DNA from: Raja brachyura
Lineage: Eukaryota
Assembly (NCBI GenBank): GCA_963514005.1
Contig: OY740786.1
Location: forward strand, 17,484,001 to 17,548,000
Reading direction: 5' to 3'
DNA: 64,000 nt
The position numbers and the translations under genes are program-made. The number at the start of each line of letters is the position of its first letter. Positions within the stretch are counted from its first letter, which is position 1. Positions 51,207 through 63,180 of this stretch are shown piece after piece. Below the pieces are notes generated by a model that was not told the DNA's origin, searched no databases, and worked only from the letters and a program-made list of their open reading frames with translations.

Positions 51207-51330
51207 ACGGGAAGAACGTACAAACTCCTTACAGACAGCACCTGTAGTCGGGATCGAACCCTGGTGAATGGTCTCTGGCGCCGCATTCACTGTAAGGCAG
51301 CAATTCTACCGCTGCGCCACCATGACCGCC
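51207..51330 (-). mobile_element. V-SINE-like SINE, 5' tRNA-derived head
   Basis: Minus strand GGTGGCGCAGCGGTAG (A-box-like) and GGGTTCGATCCC (B-box). Confidence 0.75.
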
Positions 51331-52189
51331 ATATTCCTGGTTTGCCACTGCACTGTGGACTAATGTCCAATATACGGGAACAATTTATAGAAAACTAAGG
51401 GATCAAAGGGCGCTGAAAATCCAGTTCAGGTGTGAGAACGCAGGAGTTTGACCTTGACTTTCTAATCCTGATCAGATTTTCGAACACACAATATCAGTTT
51501 TCAAACTGAGATTAAGCTATTTTAATACAATTCATGGAATGTATTTTTCTTTCAATTACATAGGGAAAATTGTGTTTGACTGTTACAAATAGTTTCCTTT
51601 AGTTCTGATGATTTAATCTCAGAGGACTATTGGCTATTCATTAGGGGAAAGGGAAATTCAGCTAATGAATCCAAAAAGACAGTAAAAATAAAGTGTTCCA
51701 ACCGGTGCTTAAACCTCTTGCAGCTAGTTTGGTTATTTAAATATTGTGCAGATTATACTTTTTGTTTTATCATTTGTAGATTGTACATACATTAATGCAA
51801 GGAATTTATGTAACATTGGTGTAGCTTCGATAAAAGAATGGCTGAACAAAAATTGCTCAACAGTTATGCGGCAATGAATGCTGAACAGACAGATTAGATT
51901 CTAAATTACACTTGTGAAAATTGGGGTAAGGTTTATTGTGGTGCCATCTTCAAGCTGTGCACACATCATGTACCCAAAATCTGGATGCGGCTTGTACAGT
52001 TATCAAAATATTAAAATATTTTCACAAGGGAAAATTGATGGAAAGTAATTGTGCAAACTGTTCCCAGGTTAGATAAACAAATCCTAGTCAGTTAATTCTG
52101 ATTTGCAAAGGTGCAGCAATTAGAGGCAATGAATAAGAACATTCCCTTCTCATTTAAAGCCAATTGATGCTTATTGTAAATGTTAACCT

Positions 52190-52575
52190 CTTAGAAATAG
52201 GGTAGTGCAAGCAACTGAGGTGTCTGTGGGGGAGCATTTTGGGACCAGTGACCACAGTTCAATTAAGTTCAAAATAGTTATCGATAAGGACAGTGCTGGT
52301 CCACAAGTTAAAATTCGAAACATGGGCAAGCCAACTTTGAAAGCATTGGACAGGGACTCGCAAATGTTAATTATGTTGTTTGTGGGCAAAGGGGCGTGCA
52401 GAAAATGGGATGCTCTTAGAAGGATTGTATTGAGAATTCAAGATATGTATGGTCCTATTAGAGTGAAGGAGAAGGCAGGCAGGAGTAGGATTATAACAGA
52501 AACTGAGACTCTCATCGGGGAAAAAGCTGGCAAAGGCAAGTATAGATTAAGTGAATCCCTAGAGAAATACAGGTG
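52190..52575 (+). mobile_element. CR1 fragment (end of endonuclease region)
   Basis: VGEHFGTSDHSSIKFKI motif. Confidence 0.75.
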
Positions 52576-54019
52576 ATTAGTTTTAGTTTCTGAGAAACAG
52601 CCCTCCAAGTCCACACTGACCATTGATCACACATACACTAGATATATCTTACAGGAGTATTCGTAAGATGGAAATCAGCAGGACAAAACATGTTATGTAT
52701 ATTATATTAAAGAAAAGAGGCTGAAGGGACCCAACCCAATACGTCACCTATTCCTTTTCTCTAGAGACGCTGCCTAACCCGCTGAGTCACTCCAGCATTT
52801 TGTGTCTAAGGAAAAGAGAGTCACTCGGGAGAGAATAGGTACCCCAAAGACCAATGCGGACATCTATGTGCGGAGTTACAGGATATGGGACAATTCTTGT
52901 GTGATTACAACCTTATCGATACAATTGTACCCTTTTCTTGAGTTGATTTCATCTATATACCACATCCTTTGATGCCATCTGAAGGCGTATATGTCGTAGA
53001 TTGGGATGGCACCCAGGTTCCCTCACCCATCTCCTTCAATGACCCTTCTGCAGTCTGTATCTCATCAGATTAATTCACAATCAGGTGCAATCAGGTTAGA
53101 TATTACTAGGACAATTGGGAGTGATCAACGATTGCATACTTTTAATATACTTGGGCAACACAACAGCATTCAATGCATGCATGCACACGTTTGTTACAAT
53201 ATGCCATGTTAATATGAAAATATTAACATCTTTGCAGGTAAGATCAATAGATGCATGCAGATGCAAATAGATGTCTGTGTTGATATAAAGTTTAATGGCG
53301 CAACAGACACCCTCAGCATCACAAAGCTGAATATTCATCATGCAATAGTAAGGAAAACCCCACTGCACTATTTAAAGGGACCATCTACTTACATGTTAGC
53401 TGCTTTTAATTCTTCTAGCTGCTGGTACTAGTCTGTGTTTGTTTGGAGTCTTCCATAGTTAATTCAAGTAGTAACAATTGACAAGGAGTAGTGTGGCAAA
53501 TAATTAAAATGGATGGTGAGAAAGGGAAGAGATAAAGGATGCTATAGATGCAAATGGTTAGGACGAAAAAGGGTGCATGAGGTAGGAAAAAGGAAGCAAA
53601 CTAAGCCACAAATGCAGTCTTCGGCCACTGATGGTCCCTTTCCCTGGAAAAGGAGCAGAGGAGGTGGGAATGACCATATTCTCTGACTTACCGCATGTCA
53701 TATTAAATTGACATTTTCCACATATTTTCCGCCAATTTTCACATTATAAATCTACATTTGTTCACTTGCCCAAGTGCAAACATTACAATATATTTGCATC
53801 CATCTGCCATTTCATGTTAGTACTCAAATTTCATCTCTGGAGAAAAGAGTTTGAGTTTATTCGATTTCATTCACCAGGGGCAACTCACCTATTCATTCTT
53901 CAGTCACCATCAGAAAACTGAGCAGCAGCAAGAAAATTATAGTGATATACAGTACAGAAACTTGAATTCACATAAATGGCTGAGAAAAAATAATTTAGAA
54001 GAGAAAATAAATAAAATAC

Positions 54020-54243
54020 CTTCACAGGAGATGAACGCAGTGGACTACGTCCTCTGGATGAATTGCCTTGGCCTGAAGGTTTGCTTCTCAACATTTTTAA
54101 TAAGTATTCTACCTCAGATTTATAAAAATCTCTTTCCTGTGCTATATTCTTCACAAATGCATCCAACAGAAAAGGAGATTTATTTTGCTCATATGTACGG
54201 AGCTGAGCTTCTGTATCTTCAGATTCTTGAAAAAAATCGAAAT
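54020..54243 (-). CDS. TSGA10: TSGA10 exon with CEP135-like N-terminal segment (FDFFQESEDTEAQLRTYEQNKSPFLLDAFVKNIAQERDFYKSEVEYLLKMLRSKPSGQGNSSRGRSPLRSSPVK)
   Basis: cag/ acceptor and /gtattt donor, 224 nt, phase 1-0. In frame with exons at 56072 and 43663. Confidence 0.85.
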
Positions 54244-54534
54244 CTGAAATAAAACAACCAAAAAATAGAATGAGAATATTATTACTGGCTTTTCAATTAA
54301 TTATTACCTAGTATCATCCAATGAGAATTTGTATTACAACTACTTTTAGGTTAGATACTCCAAAAACTCAAAAATCCAGACCAAGATTCTTGTTAAGTGA
54401 AGGAAAGGTTAAATTTGTTTACTTTAGTGTCAACGTCTACAAAGATATAGTTATACCAGATGCAGGCAGGATTGTGGATATGAAGCTACAATCAGACCCA
54501 TGACTTTGTTGTAAGAAGGAGCATGCTTGAGAGG

Positions 54535-54780
54535 CCAATAGTCATAGTCATAGATCGGTAGTGCGGAAACAGGCCCTTCGGCCCAACTTGCCCACAGCTA
54601 AAATAGTCCCACCTGCCCGCATTTGGTCCGTATCCCTCCAAACCTGTCCTATGCTGTCCTATGTCTAAATGTTTCTTAAATGTTGGGATAATCCCTGACT
54701 CAACTACCTCCTCTGGCAGCTTGTTCCATTCACCCACCACCCTTTGTGTGAAAATGTTACCCCTCAGGTTCCTATTTAAG
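54535..54780 (-). mobile_element. CR1 3' end
   Basis: FTQRVVGEWNKLPEEVVE plus UTR and (CTATGA)n-like tail. Confidence 0.85.
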
Positions 54781-56071
54781 TCTACTCCTGCTCCTATATT
54801 TGTATAGCAGCTGATTTTCGAAATGTTCAAGGAACTAAGGAACTAATATCTGGAGATTTAACTGTTTTACTGCAAACACCCCCCCCCCCCCCCCCCCCAT
54901 ACTAAAGAAATCAGGAGTTGATAACCAATCTGACAACAAAGTAAATGCTCAAATTGGTCACCCAAGGAACACACACTATTTCCAACAATGTCCATATTAT
55001 TTCCACCAATGTCCATCAACAATATACAGGCTATTCTGAACTATTTTACCTTCTAAACAAAAAAATATTTTCAGGACCATCACAAATAAACAATTAAATC
55101 ATGGAAACTACACCCAGCAGATCCTCTGAGAATTCATTGAAATAATAAATGTCATTGAGGATATTTTCGTGCGTTGGATGGCATAAAAGACCCATATTGT
55201 TCCTGTCACAACCCAAAGTATTTTAATGTATGGTATTGGAATTGTTCGCCATGGCAAGCATCCACAAATAAAACATGATAATAAACAAATAATGTATTTT
55301 TTATTTTTTTTAAATAATTTAATTAAGGACTATAGGTTGATGATACTGACACAGAGGAATGCGATCCTCTATGTCAAACCAACCCACGTAGTTCAATGCC
55401 TCCAGCGATACAACACTCCCTCAATATGAGACTATTGTTAGATGTCTCAAGTTGACCCAGAGGCAATAGTGCTACCAAGTTAAAATAATACAAAATGTAC
55501 TAAAATGGCTCTGCTTACATAATCATTGTTTTGACCAACAGTACTCTTAAGAGCATTTTACAAATTTTTTAAATCTTATTTGTAATTTATTTTTCTCCCT
55601 TCACCTCCTGAAAGCACCAACATTAACATGATTTTAAGGTGATTAACAGCCCTTACCCAAATGCTTCAGTCACCTATGAGCTCAACAATGAGTGGCAATC
55701 TGTTCGACAATGAGGATTCAAAAGTTAAGCCTGATTATGCTGTCACCCAATGACCATATCTGAACATATTTTCCAATAGGAGGATTTGAATCAGGAATGT
55801 CAACTTCACATAACTATTATCTTTTTTTTCCACCACTGAGAAGTCTCATCATTGTCCTGGCTGGAAATAATTAGTTCCACACAGATCAGAGATAAGGCAA
55901 CAGAATTTCTCATCTGCACATCACGGTAACAAATTTAATTAACAATTATGGCAGCTGAGAAGCATACTGCCTAGCGTTTTGCAATTTACTGCTTCAAATC
56001 TTACAGTATTTTAGTGCTTAAAATTGATCATTTTAACACATTTAAATCAATCTTTCAAAATAACAGCCAAC

Positions 56072-56204
56072 CTTTATCAAAAGCAATCTCTGCTTTATTT
56101 TGTTGACAATTCTCAAACTGGGTTAACGGCCCATTGCTCCCTTCAGTCTTCGCTTGTAATTCTGCTCTAATTTCCTCAAGTTGCCGCTTGGATTTTGCTG
56201 TGTC
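56072..56204 (-). CDS. TSGA10: Upstream exon of the same gene (DTAKSKRQLEEIRAELQAKTEGSNGPLTQFENCQQNKAEIAFDK)
   Basis: tag/ acceptor with a pyrimidine tract and /gttggc donor, 133 nt, phase 0-1, open. Phase-compatible with the 54243 exon. Confidence 0.7.
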
Positions 56205-56610
56205 CTAGAGAAGGGGAGGAAAACTTTAAACAAGAGGCATTCAATATGTATGCCAAATATCAAGAAATTGCTAATATTCATGAACTGACATTGAATTTGT
56301 TTTTATTGATTCAAGCCTTAGCCTAACTCTAACTCAATTTAAATTAATTGCATAAAACTTGCAATATCAGATTGAACAATCTGATAACTTGGCTCTATTC
56401 TGTGTCTGATATTGTTCTTTTTTTGGTCAAAGAGCTTCTTTTCTAAAAGAAACCGAAGTGTGTAAAACTTGTTTAATAAAAGCACTGAGCAAGCTTGGTT
56501 AGATTGAAATTTTAGTTCAGTGTAACATTGTTGGTATTGTTATTAATAAAAATGAATCACATTAAATCAGCTTCAATTTTGAGTCTGCAAAATTACATAG
56601 CAGCACTTAC

Positions 56611-56676
56611 TGATCTGAGTTTTACGATGGCTTGCTCCAACACAACAATGTCCCTCTCTTGCTTTTCAATTTCAAT
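56611..56676 (-). CDS. TSGA10: Upstream exon of the same gene (IEIEKQERDIVVLEQAIVKLRS)
   Basis: tag/ acceptor and /gtaagt donor, 66 nt. Resembles the 22-aa CEP135 segment KEIKRKLSEMQDLEETMAKLQL. Confidence 0.72.
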
Positions 56677-58274
56677 CTATTATAAAGATATTCAATTATT
56701 ATACTTCAACAATACAGTACCATCTAAAATTTGATGTAAAGTGGTCACATTTGTTCCATGTATTTCACGTAAGTGATGCCTGCATCGTAATGCAGGTTAG
56801 ATATATTAAAAACCAAACACCATCCAATATATACAGACTGTTACTCATCTTATGATGCACGCACAATGCATTATGATGTAAATATAACTATGTCACCATT
56901 CATTACCTTTTAAGGCATACATGTCCATACAAACATGCATTATCTTACAAAGCAGATATCTACAGTTATATGTGAATGAAAATTAACCTCTGACCTTGGA
57001 TTCCATCTTGGAAATAATCTGACCACTCAAACTGATTTGATCAGTGCATTTGTAATTTTCCTCATCTCAACCCACATTCAACTTCATTCCTACCATCTGA
57101 TTTTGTACAAAAGAGAGTCATAGAGAGGTCTGCGAGTTTAATTTCTGGACATCGTCATAATTGTAATAACAAGAATCTAGGGAAGCTTGAATTTTACCGT
57201 ACCATATTATATACTAAAAGGCTCAAAAATATACTTTGCAAAAACAATAAGAAACTCCTCAAACAATATAAAAGTGTCTGTAAAAAAAAATAGTTAATCA
57301 AGAGAAACCATCAAGCTGAAAAGAAACAACTCCACATTTTCCTTCCCAGCAACTTTATTTCAAGTGGGATGAGTACAGCGTAGACTCATTGCATTAATTA
57401 AGAATTGTTTTCAGGAATTCATAATAAAAATGTTCTGGATGAGCATATGAGAGTGGGAATTCCCTATTTGGGCAGAAATGACATGGTCCTCCAGCAGAAT
57501 TTAAATGAAGCACTGACCATCAACAAAATAAATATTTTATATCCACCAGACAGCGTGACCACTTCTGAAATTACTCTAAAGTCTGCAGGGCAGACATACC
57601 AATCTGGCACAAGCTTACACACAATTATATTTGTTAGTGTGGTAAGAGCGCTTGGTTAGCAAACAGTACTGCTAAAATGGGGTCAACAAACTTGAACTAG
57701 ATAGTGATTGGCATGTCTACAAAATGCACCTTATCCCACCTTATTCCATACTCAAGCTGCAGTCAGGTGAAGAAAAAAGAATACTAAGCATTTTGACACC
57801 TTCTCTTTCCTATATTGAAAAACCTCAAAAATTCATTGTTAATGTCCATGAGGTTACCTTTACGCACAGCTTTGATCTTAAAGTGTAATTTAATTCACAG
57901 CTCGATATTCAAGAAGGCATGAAAGGCCTTATGTCACCTGCATATACCTGTTCATGTGTTTGTCATCACCTCCATTATGGTGTGAATGCTGATGTCTGCA
58001 TTAATTGAATGTCAGCAAATTGCATTGCTGAAGCAAATAACGAGTATTCTTACACCTTTCTTTCATCTTGAAGACTACAATATAAAGAGACAACATCCCA
58101 TTCCCAGTTTCTCAATTCATGGGGGAGATAACCTTGGAACTCTCAGAAGGCTGAGAGCAGGAAGAGTTGAAGAAAGAGAAACCGAGAGTATATTCAGCTA
58201 AATTTTTATTACGACTACCTAATCTACCTTTTCTACTGAAACATGTGAATTCATTTCCATTCCTGCATTTGCCT

Positions 58275-58576
58275 TAAAGCCCTGTACGAGTTCATTCAAG
58301 TGCTCTCCCGAGTTTAAAAAAACTCATGGTGAGCACGTAGAATGAACATAGCGGGTACGTTGGAGCTCGGGGATGTCTCTTAGCGGCTCGTCACGCTAAC
58401 GGCAGGCACTCGGGAAACGCGGTAAGCTCAGGAAGACTCGAGAATATTTTTCAACGTGTTGAAAAATGGCCACGAGAGCCCCGAGTACTAACGAGCGGCC
58501 ATTACTGTAAATCTCCGAGTTCGAATCAGGGCGAAACTCTGGAGAACTCTTGAATGAACTCGTACAGTGGGACAGC
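58275..58576. mobile_element. Harbinger-like MITE, damaged
   Basis: Inverted repeat CTGTACGAGTTCATTCAAG / CTTGAATGAACTCGTACAG. The AGTGGGACAG end resembles the 50715 MITE TIR. Confidence 0.65.
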
Positions 58577-59604
58577 GTAGTTCTAACAAAAGACAGTAAA
58601 AATGTCCATGCAGCACTATGTCACAAGAAATAGAACTCAAGCCTCATGGCTCTAACAGCCCAGGTTTTAATATTTACTGTACATCCGATACAGTCTGCAT
58701 GGAACTTTTATGTTCGTGTCAACAGTGGGCTTCCTCTGGACGCTCTGATTTCCTCCCACATCACAAAGACACATGGTTAGTTAATTGGCCTAGTGTGCAG
58801 GTGAGGTTGAAGCCAAAGATAATAGGGTACAGGGAAAACAGTAAAATAAGAATGGGATAGCTCTGTGGGCTAACAAAGGCTTAACGCCTGAAATGATTTA
58901 TTTCAGGGTTGTAAAGAAATATGGAAACGCCTCCTCTCTTTTCCAGCCTGCCAGATCTATCTTAAACATTGGGAGAGGAACATATCAAACTATGCACCAA
59001 GTTGGCAGCAGAATCACAGGTAGAAAGCAGGTGAATGTTCCTGAAAGCACTATTTGAACAATACCAAGATTTTTTCTTTCATGCCAAACATGAATTTCTA
59101 CCAGTGCTTGAGGAATCAAATTCATCTGTGGTGCTGGTTTACTGCACTTTGAATTGCAAGCATTTCCCTCATAGACTGTCAGAAGCAAGGCATCCAAAGC
59201 TGTCAGAGGGAATTTAGTAGTTAAGCAGCTGCAAAAAGCTGATGTAACTGAAAATCTATAAAAGCTAAAAGGCAATCTGTGCTTTAGAGTCACGAAGACT
59301 ATTGCAAATCAGACTGAAAACAATAAATACATTGCAATTGCAAAGTTTAAAATCTCGATTCTGTCTTGCTTCATGGAATCTTGCTCTTTCTACACAAATT
59401 ATTTCACATCTGTGCATAACATGCACAATATTCCTGAAATCCCAGGGCTTCCAACAACACTAGGCATGAATATGGAATGTATGATATAGGTTGCGCCTAG
59501 CCATCATTTTAACTCTCCACCCACACTGTACAGACAACAGGCACAACTAAAATATGGTTCTAGTTTCCTTTGTAAAATAGCTGACTGAGACTAAACACTT
59601 ATCA

Positions 59605-60418
59605 AGCAAGTATCCTTTATTGTCATTCAGACTTTTCAGTCCGAACAAAATTTTGTGCCATGCAGTAGAATAAAACATAGAATAAAATAACAAAACACAC
59701 AATGAACGCAGATTTAACATCCACCACAGTGAGTCCACCAGGCCCTCCTCACTGTGATGGAAGGCAAAAGTCTTAAAGTCCTGGTCTCTTCCCTCCTTGT
59801 TCTCCCTCTGCGTTGAGGCGATCCAAGCTTCCGATGTTGTGACCCTGCCGGTTGATGGTAAGTAAGTCAAGCGGCTGAATCCGAGCTCCGTGAACGGGCC
59901 GGTTCAAACTCTGCGGTCTGGGGCGGTCAAAGCTGCCGAAGCTGCCACCCTCCAGTCCACCGGACGAAGCTGTTGTTGCGCAAGCTCCGGAAAACAGGTC
60001 ACCAACCTATGACCTGCGAGCTCCCGATGTTGTCGGCCACTGGGCCCGCGGCCAAGCCTCCGAGGCTCCGAAGTCGGATCGCCGCAGCCGCAACAGCCCC
60101 GAAGTCGACCAGCCTCGCGTTGGTAAGTAAGTCCTGGCTGCCTCCGGAGCCTCGAGGCCGGTCCCAGTCGGAGGCCACCAGCTCCGCCATTAGGCCTCAG
60201 CGCAGACGGAGACTGACATGGGGGATGCGACAAGAAAAGGTCACATCCCCCCGAAGGAAGAGACTAAACCAAGTTTCTCCCACCCTCCCCCACACATACA
60301 CAACTAAAATAAACTGAAATAAACTATAAAAACGGGAGAAGAAAAACAAAAAAAGAAAAAACAAATGGACTGCAGACGAGCCGCAGCTGCTAGGGCAGCG
60401 CCGCCACTTCCGGAAACA
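59605..60418 (-). mobile_element. GC-rich non-coding retroposon (Rex-like 3' tail)
   Basis: The minus strand ends TGAATGACAATAAAGG, like the tails of the Rex fragments in this window. No convincing coding motif. Confidence 0.5.
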
Positions 60419-60559
60419 CTTTGCCTGTTATATAAAAATAGGTGTAAAATAATTGTAAAAATATGTTTTACATACCCACCCTTATAACTACATTAATTTT
60501 GGATATACAGCATAACTTTAATTAAAATCCCACTTCCAAGGAGAAAGACAGTAGGACGG

Positions 60560-62780
60560 AGGAAAGGTGCAGTCAATGGAAGTGTTTTGAGAGCAGTCAG
60601 TGTTACCATCGAAGAAGTACTAAAGGTATTGTCGTGCATGAAGGTAGACAAATCTGCAGAACCTGATCAGATATATCCGAGATCATTGCGGGACCTAGAG
60701 AGGAAATTGCGAGAGCCCTGTTTAAAATTTACGAATCGCCCTTAAATACAAGAGAGGTGGCGGAAGACTGGAGGGTGGCAAATGTTGTGCAACTTTTCAA
60801 GAAGGGCTGCAGGGAAAATGCTGGAAACTATAGACCGGTGAGCTTAACATCTGTAGTTGTAAAGTTACTGGAGAGTATTCTGAGGGATCGGTCAAACCAG
60901 ACTGATTCCTGGGATGTCAGGACTTTCATATGAGGAAAGATTGGATAGACTCGGCTTGTACTCGCTGGAATTTAGAAGATTGAGGGGGGGATCTTATAGA
61001 AACTTACAAAATTCTTAAGGGGTTGGACAAGCTAGATGCTGGAAGATTGTTCCCGATGTTGGGGGAGTCCAGAACAAGGGGTCACAGTCTAAGGATAAGG
61101 GGGAATTCCTTTAGGACCGAGATGAGGAAAACATTCTTTACACAGAGAGTGGTGAGTCTCTGGAATTCTCTGCCACAGAAGGTAGTTGAGGCCAGTTCAT
61201 TGGCTATATTTAAGAGGGCGTTAGATGTGACACTTGTGGCTAAAGGGATCAGGGGGTATGGAGAGAAGGCAGGTACGGGATACTGAGTTGGATGATCAGC
61301 CATGATCACATTGAATGGCGGTGCAGGCTCGAAGGGCCGAATGGCCTACTCCTGCACCTATTTTTCTAGGTATTTGGATGAGCAAGGGCTGCTTAGGGAT
61401 AGTCAGTATGGTTTTGTACGTGGGAGGTCGTGTCTCACAAATTTGATTGATTTTTTTGAAGACATGACCAAAAAGGTCAATAAAGGCACAGCTGAAGAAG
61501 GGTTTCGACCCCAAAATGTTGCCTATATCCTTCGCTCCATAGATGCTGCCTCACCCGCTGAATTTCTCCAGCATTTATGTCTACCTTCTATTTTCCAGCA
61601 TCTGCAGTTCCTTCTTAAACACAGACTGTAGATGTTGTGTACATGAATTTCAGTAAGGCGTTCGACAAGGTTCCGCATGGTAGGCTGGTCTGGAAGGTTA
61701 GATCGCATGGGATCCAAGGAGAAATAGCTGAATGGATAGAAAATTGGCTCCATTGAAGGATGCCGAGGGTGACGGTGGAAGGGTGCTTCCCAGACTGGAG
61801 CCCTGTGACTAGTGATGTGCCTCAGGGTTTGGTGCTGGGCCCGTTACTGTTTGTCATCTACATCAATTATTTGGATGAGAACGTATAGGGCAAGATTAGA
61901 AAGTTTGCTGATGATACAAAAGTTAGTGGTTTTGCAGATAGTGGAGATGATTATGAAAGATAGCAACAGGATCTGAATCAATTGGCCAGGTGGACGGAGG
62001 AATGGTTGATGGAATTTAATACAGAGAAGTGTGAGGTTTTGCATTTTTGGACATCGAACAAGGGCAGGACCTACACAGCAAATGGTGGGCCTCTGGGTAG
62101 TGTTGTAGAGGAGCGGGATCGAGGAGTACATGTGCATGGTTCCTTGAAGGTCGAGTCGCAGGTAGATAAGGTGGTTAGAAAGGCATATTGGCACTTTGGG
62201 CTTCATTAGTCAGAGTATTGAGTATAGAAGTTGGGAGGTCATGTTGCAGGTGTATAAGCCGTTGAGGAGACTGCATCTAGAATATTGTGTTCAGTTCTGG
62301 GCACCATGTTAGTGAAAATATATTGTCAAGCTTGAAAGGGTTCAGAAAAGATTTACGAGGATGTTGCCAGGACCAGAGAGTGTGAGCTACAGGGAGAGGT
62401 TGAGTAGGCTGGGTCTCTATTCCATGGAACGCAGGAGGATGAGGGGTGTACAAAATCATGAGTGGAGTAGATCGGGAAGATGCAGAGTCTCTTGCCCAGA
62501 GTAGGGGAATTTAGGACCAGAGGACAAAGGTTCAAGGTGAAAGGGGAAAAGATTTAATAGGAATCCGAGGAGTAACTTATTCACAGAAAGGGTGGTGGGT
62601 GTACGGAACAAGTTGCCAGAAGAAGTAGTTGAGGCTGGCATTATCCCATCTTCTTAAGAAACAGTTAGACAGGTACGTGGATAGGACAGGTTTGGAGGGA
62701 TATGGATCAAATGCAGGCAAGTGGGACTAGGGTAGCTGGGACATTGTTGCCCCGTGTGGGCAAGTATCACTCTATGATTC
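60560..62780 (+). mobile_element. CR1 LINE with a nested younger CR1 3' piece (~60890-61367) and a Penelope pLTR fragment (~61491-61625)
   Basis: Host RT sequence breaks at ~60888 and resumes at ~61368 (YLDEQGLLRDSQYGFVRGRSCLTNL). The nested piece is near-identical to 7892-8345. Confidence 0.88.
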
Positions 62781-63050
62781 TGGCATAAAATCAAAACTCA
62801 GTAGGATCATGTTCAATGGAGCAGAAGGTAGGCATTATGGATGAAATAAATAGAGAGATAAGGGAGAAATAGGAATAAAATAGGGAGCTCAGTCTAAATC
62901 AAGAAGTGATTTGGGAGATTAGCAAGGAATGGAAAAGGGGAACAGAGCAGTCCTTAATAACATCTTTATCTTTATTTTTTAAATCCATTCATTCATGGAT
63001 ATTATTATTAGAAGGAAAATTGAAATAAATAGGAGATATGCAGTCATGCC

Positions 63051-63180
63051 TCTTCTTCTTACGTATGGCGTGCACAGTCTAAAATTGTAGGACAACTTGT
63101 TCTTATTTGATTGTGCACACCAGGTTGATTGCATTCGTCGAAACAGGGCGGACCACGTGAAGGTTGCAATCTCCCACCCC
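63051..63180 (-). mobile_element. 130-bp non-autonomous retroposon: 5' HDV-like ribozyme, 3' stem-loop and (AAG)n tail
   Basis: Flanked by an 11-bp TSD, GCAGTCATGCC (63040-63050) and GCAGCCATGCC (63181-63191). Tail AAGAAGAAGA. Related sequence at ~15100-15180. Confidence 0.85.
63127..63180 (-). ncRNA. Minimal HDV-like (nested double pseudoknot) self-cleaving ribozyme, 54 nt
   Basis: P1 GGGGUGG/CCGCCCU with a G1-U wobble; J1/2 GA; P2 GAUUGCA/UGCAAUC; P3 ACC/GGU; L3 UUCACGU; P1.1 G; mini-P4 U-UUCG-A; J4/2 CGAA with the catalytic C at 63137. Confidence 0.85.

Noticed and set aside
5376-56676. Calling the gene CEP135
   Set aside because: Diagnostic segments (DLRRMTTERDSLRERLK, QETA.NE.AHLEQRIE, KYERHLAE) match recalled TSGA10 better than CEP135.
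55340-57620. Faint DeuSINE-like remnants near 55340-55470 and 57480-57620
   Set aside because: Too degenerate to support by eye.
59331-59389. Possible further upstream exon (tag/...AAT/gtattt)
   Set aside because: Splice-like ends exist, but the phase-compatible frame shows no coiled-coil or CEP135 similarity that I can support.
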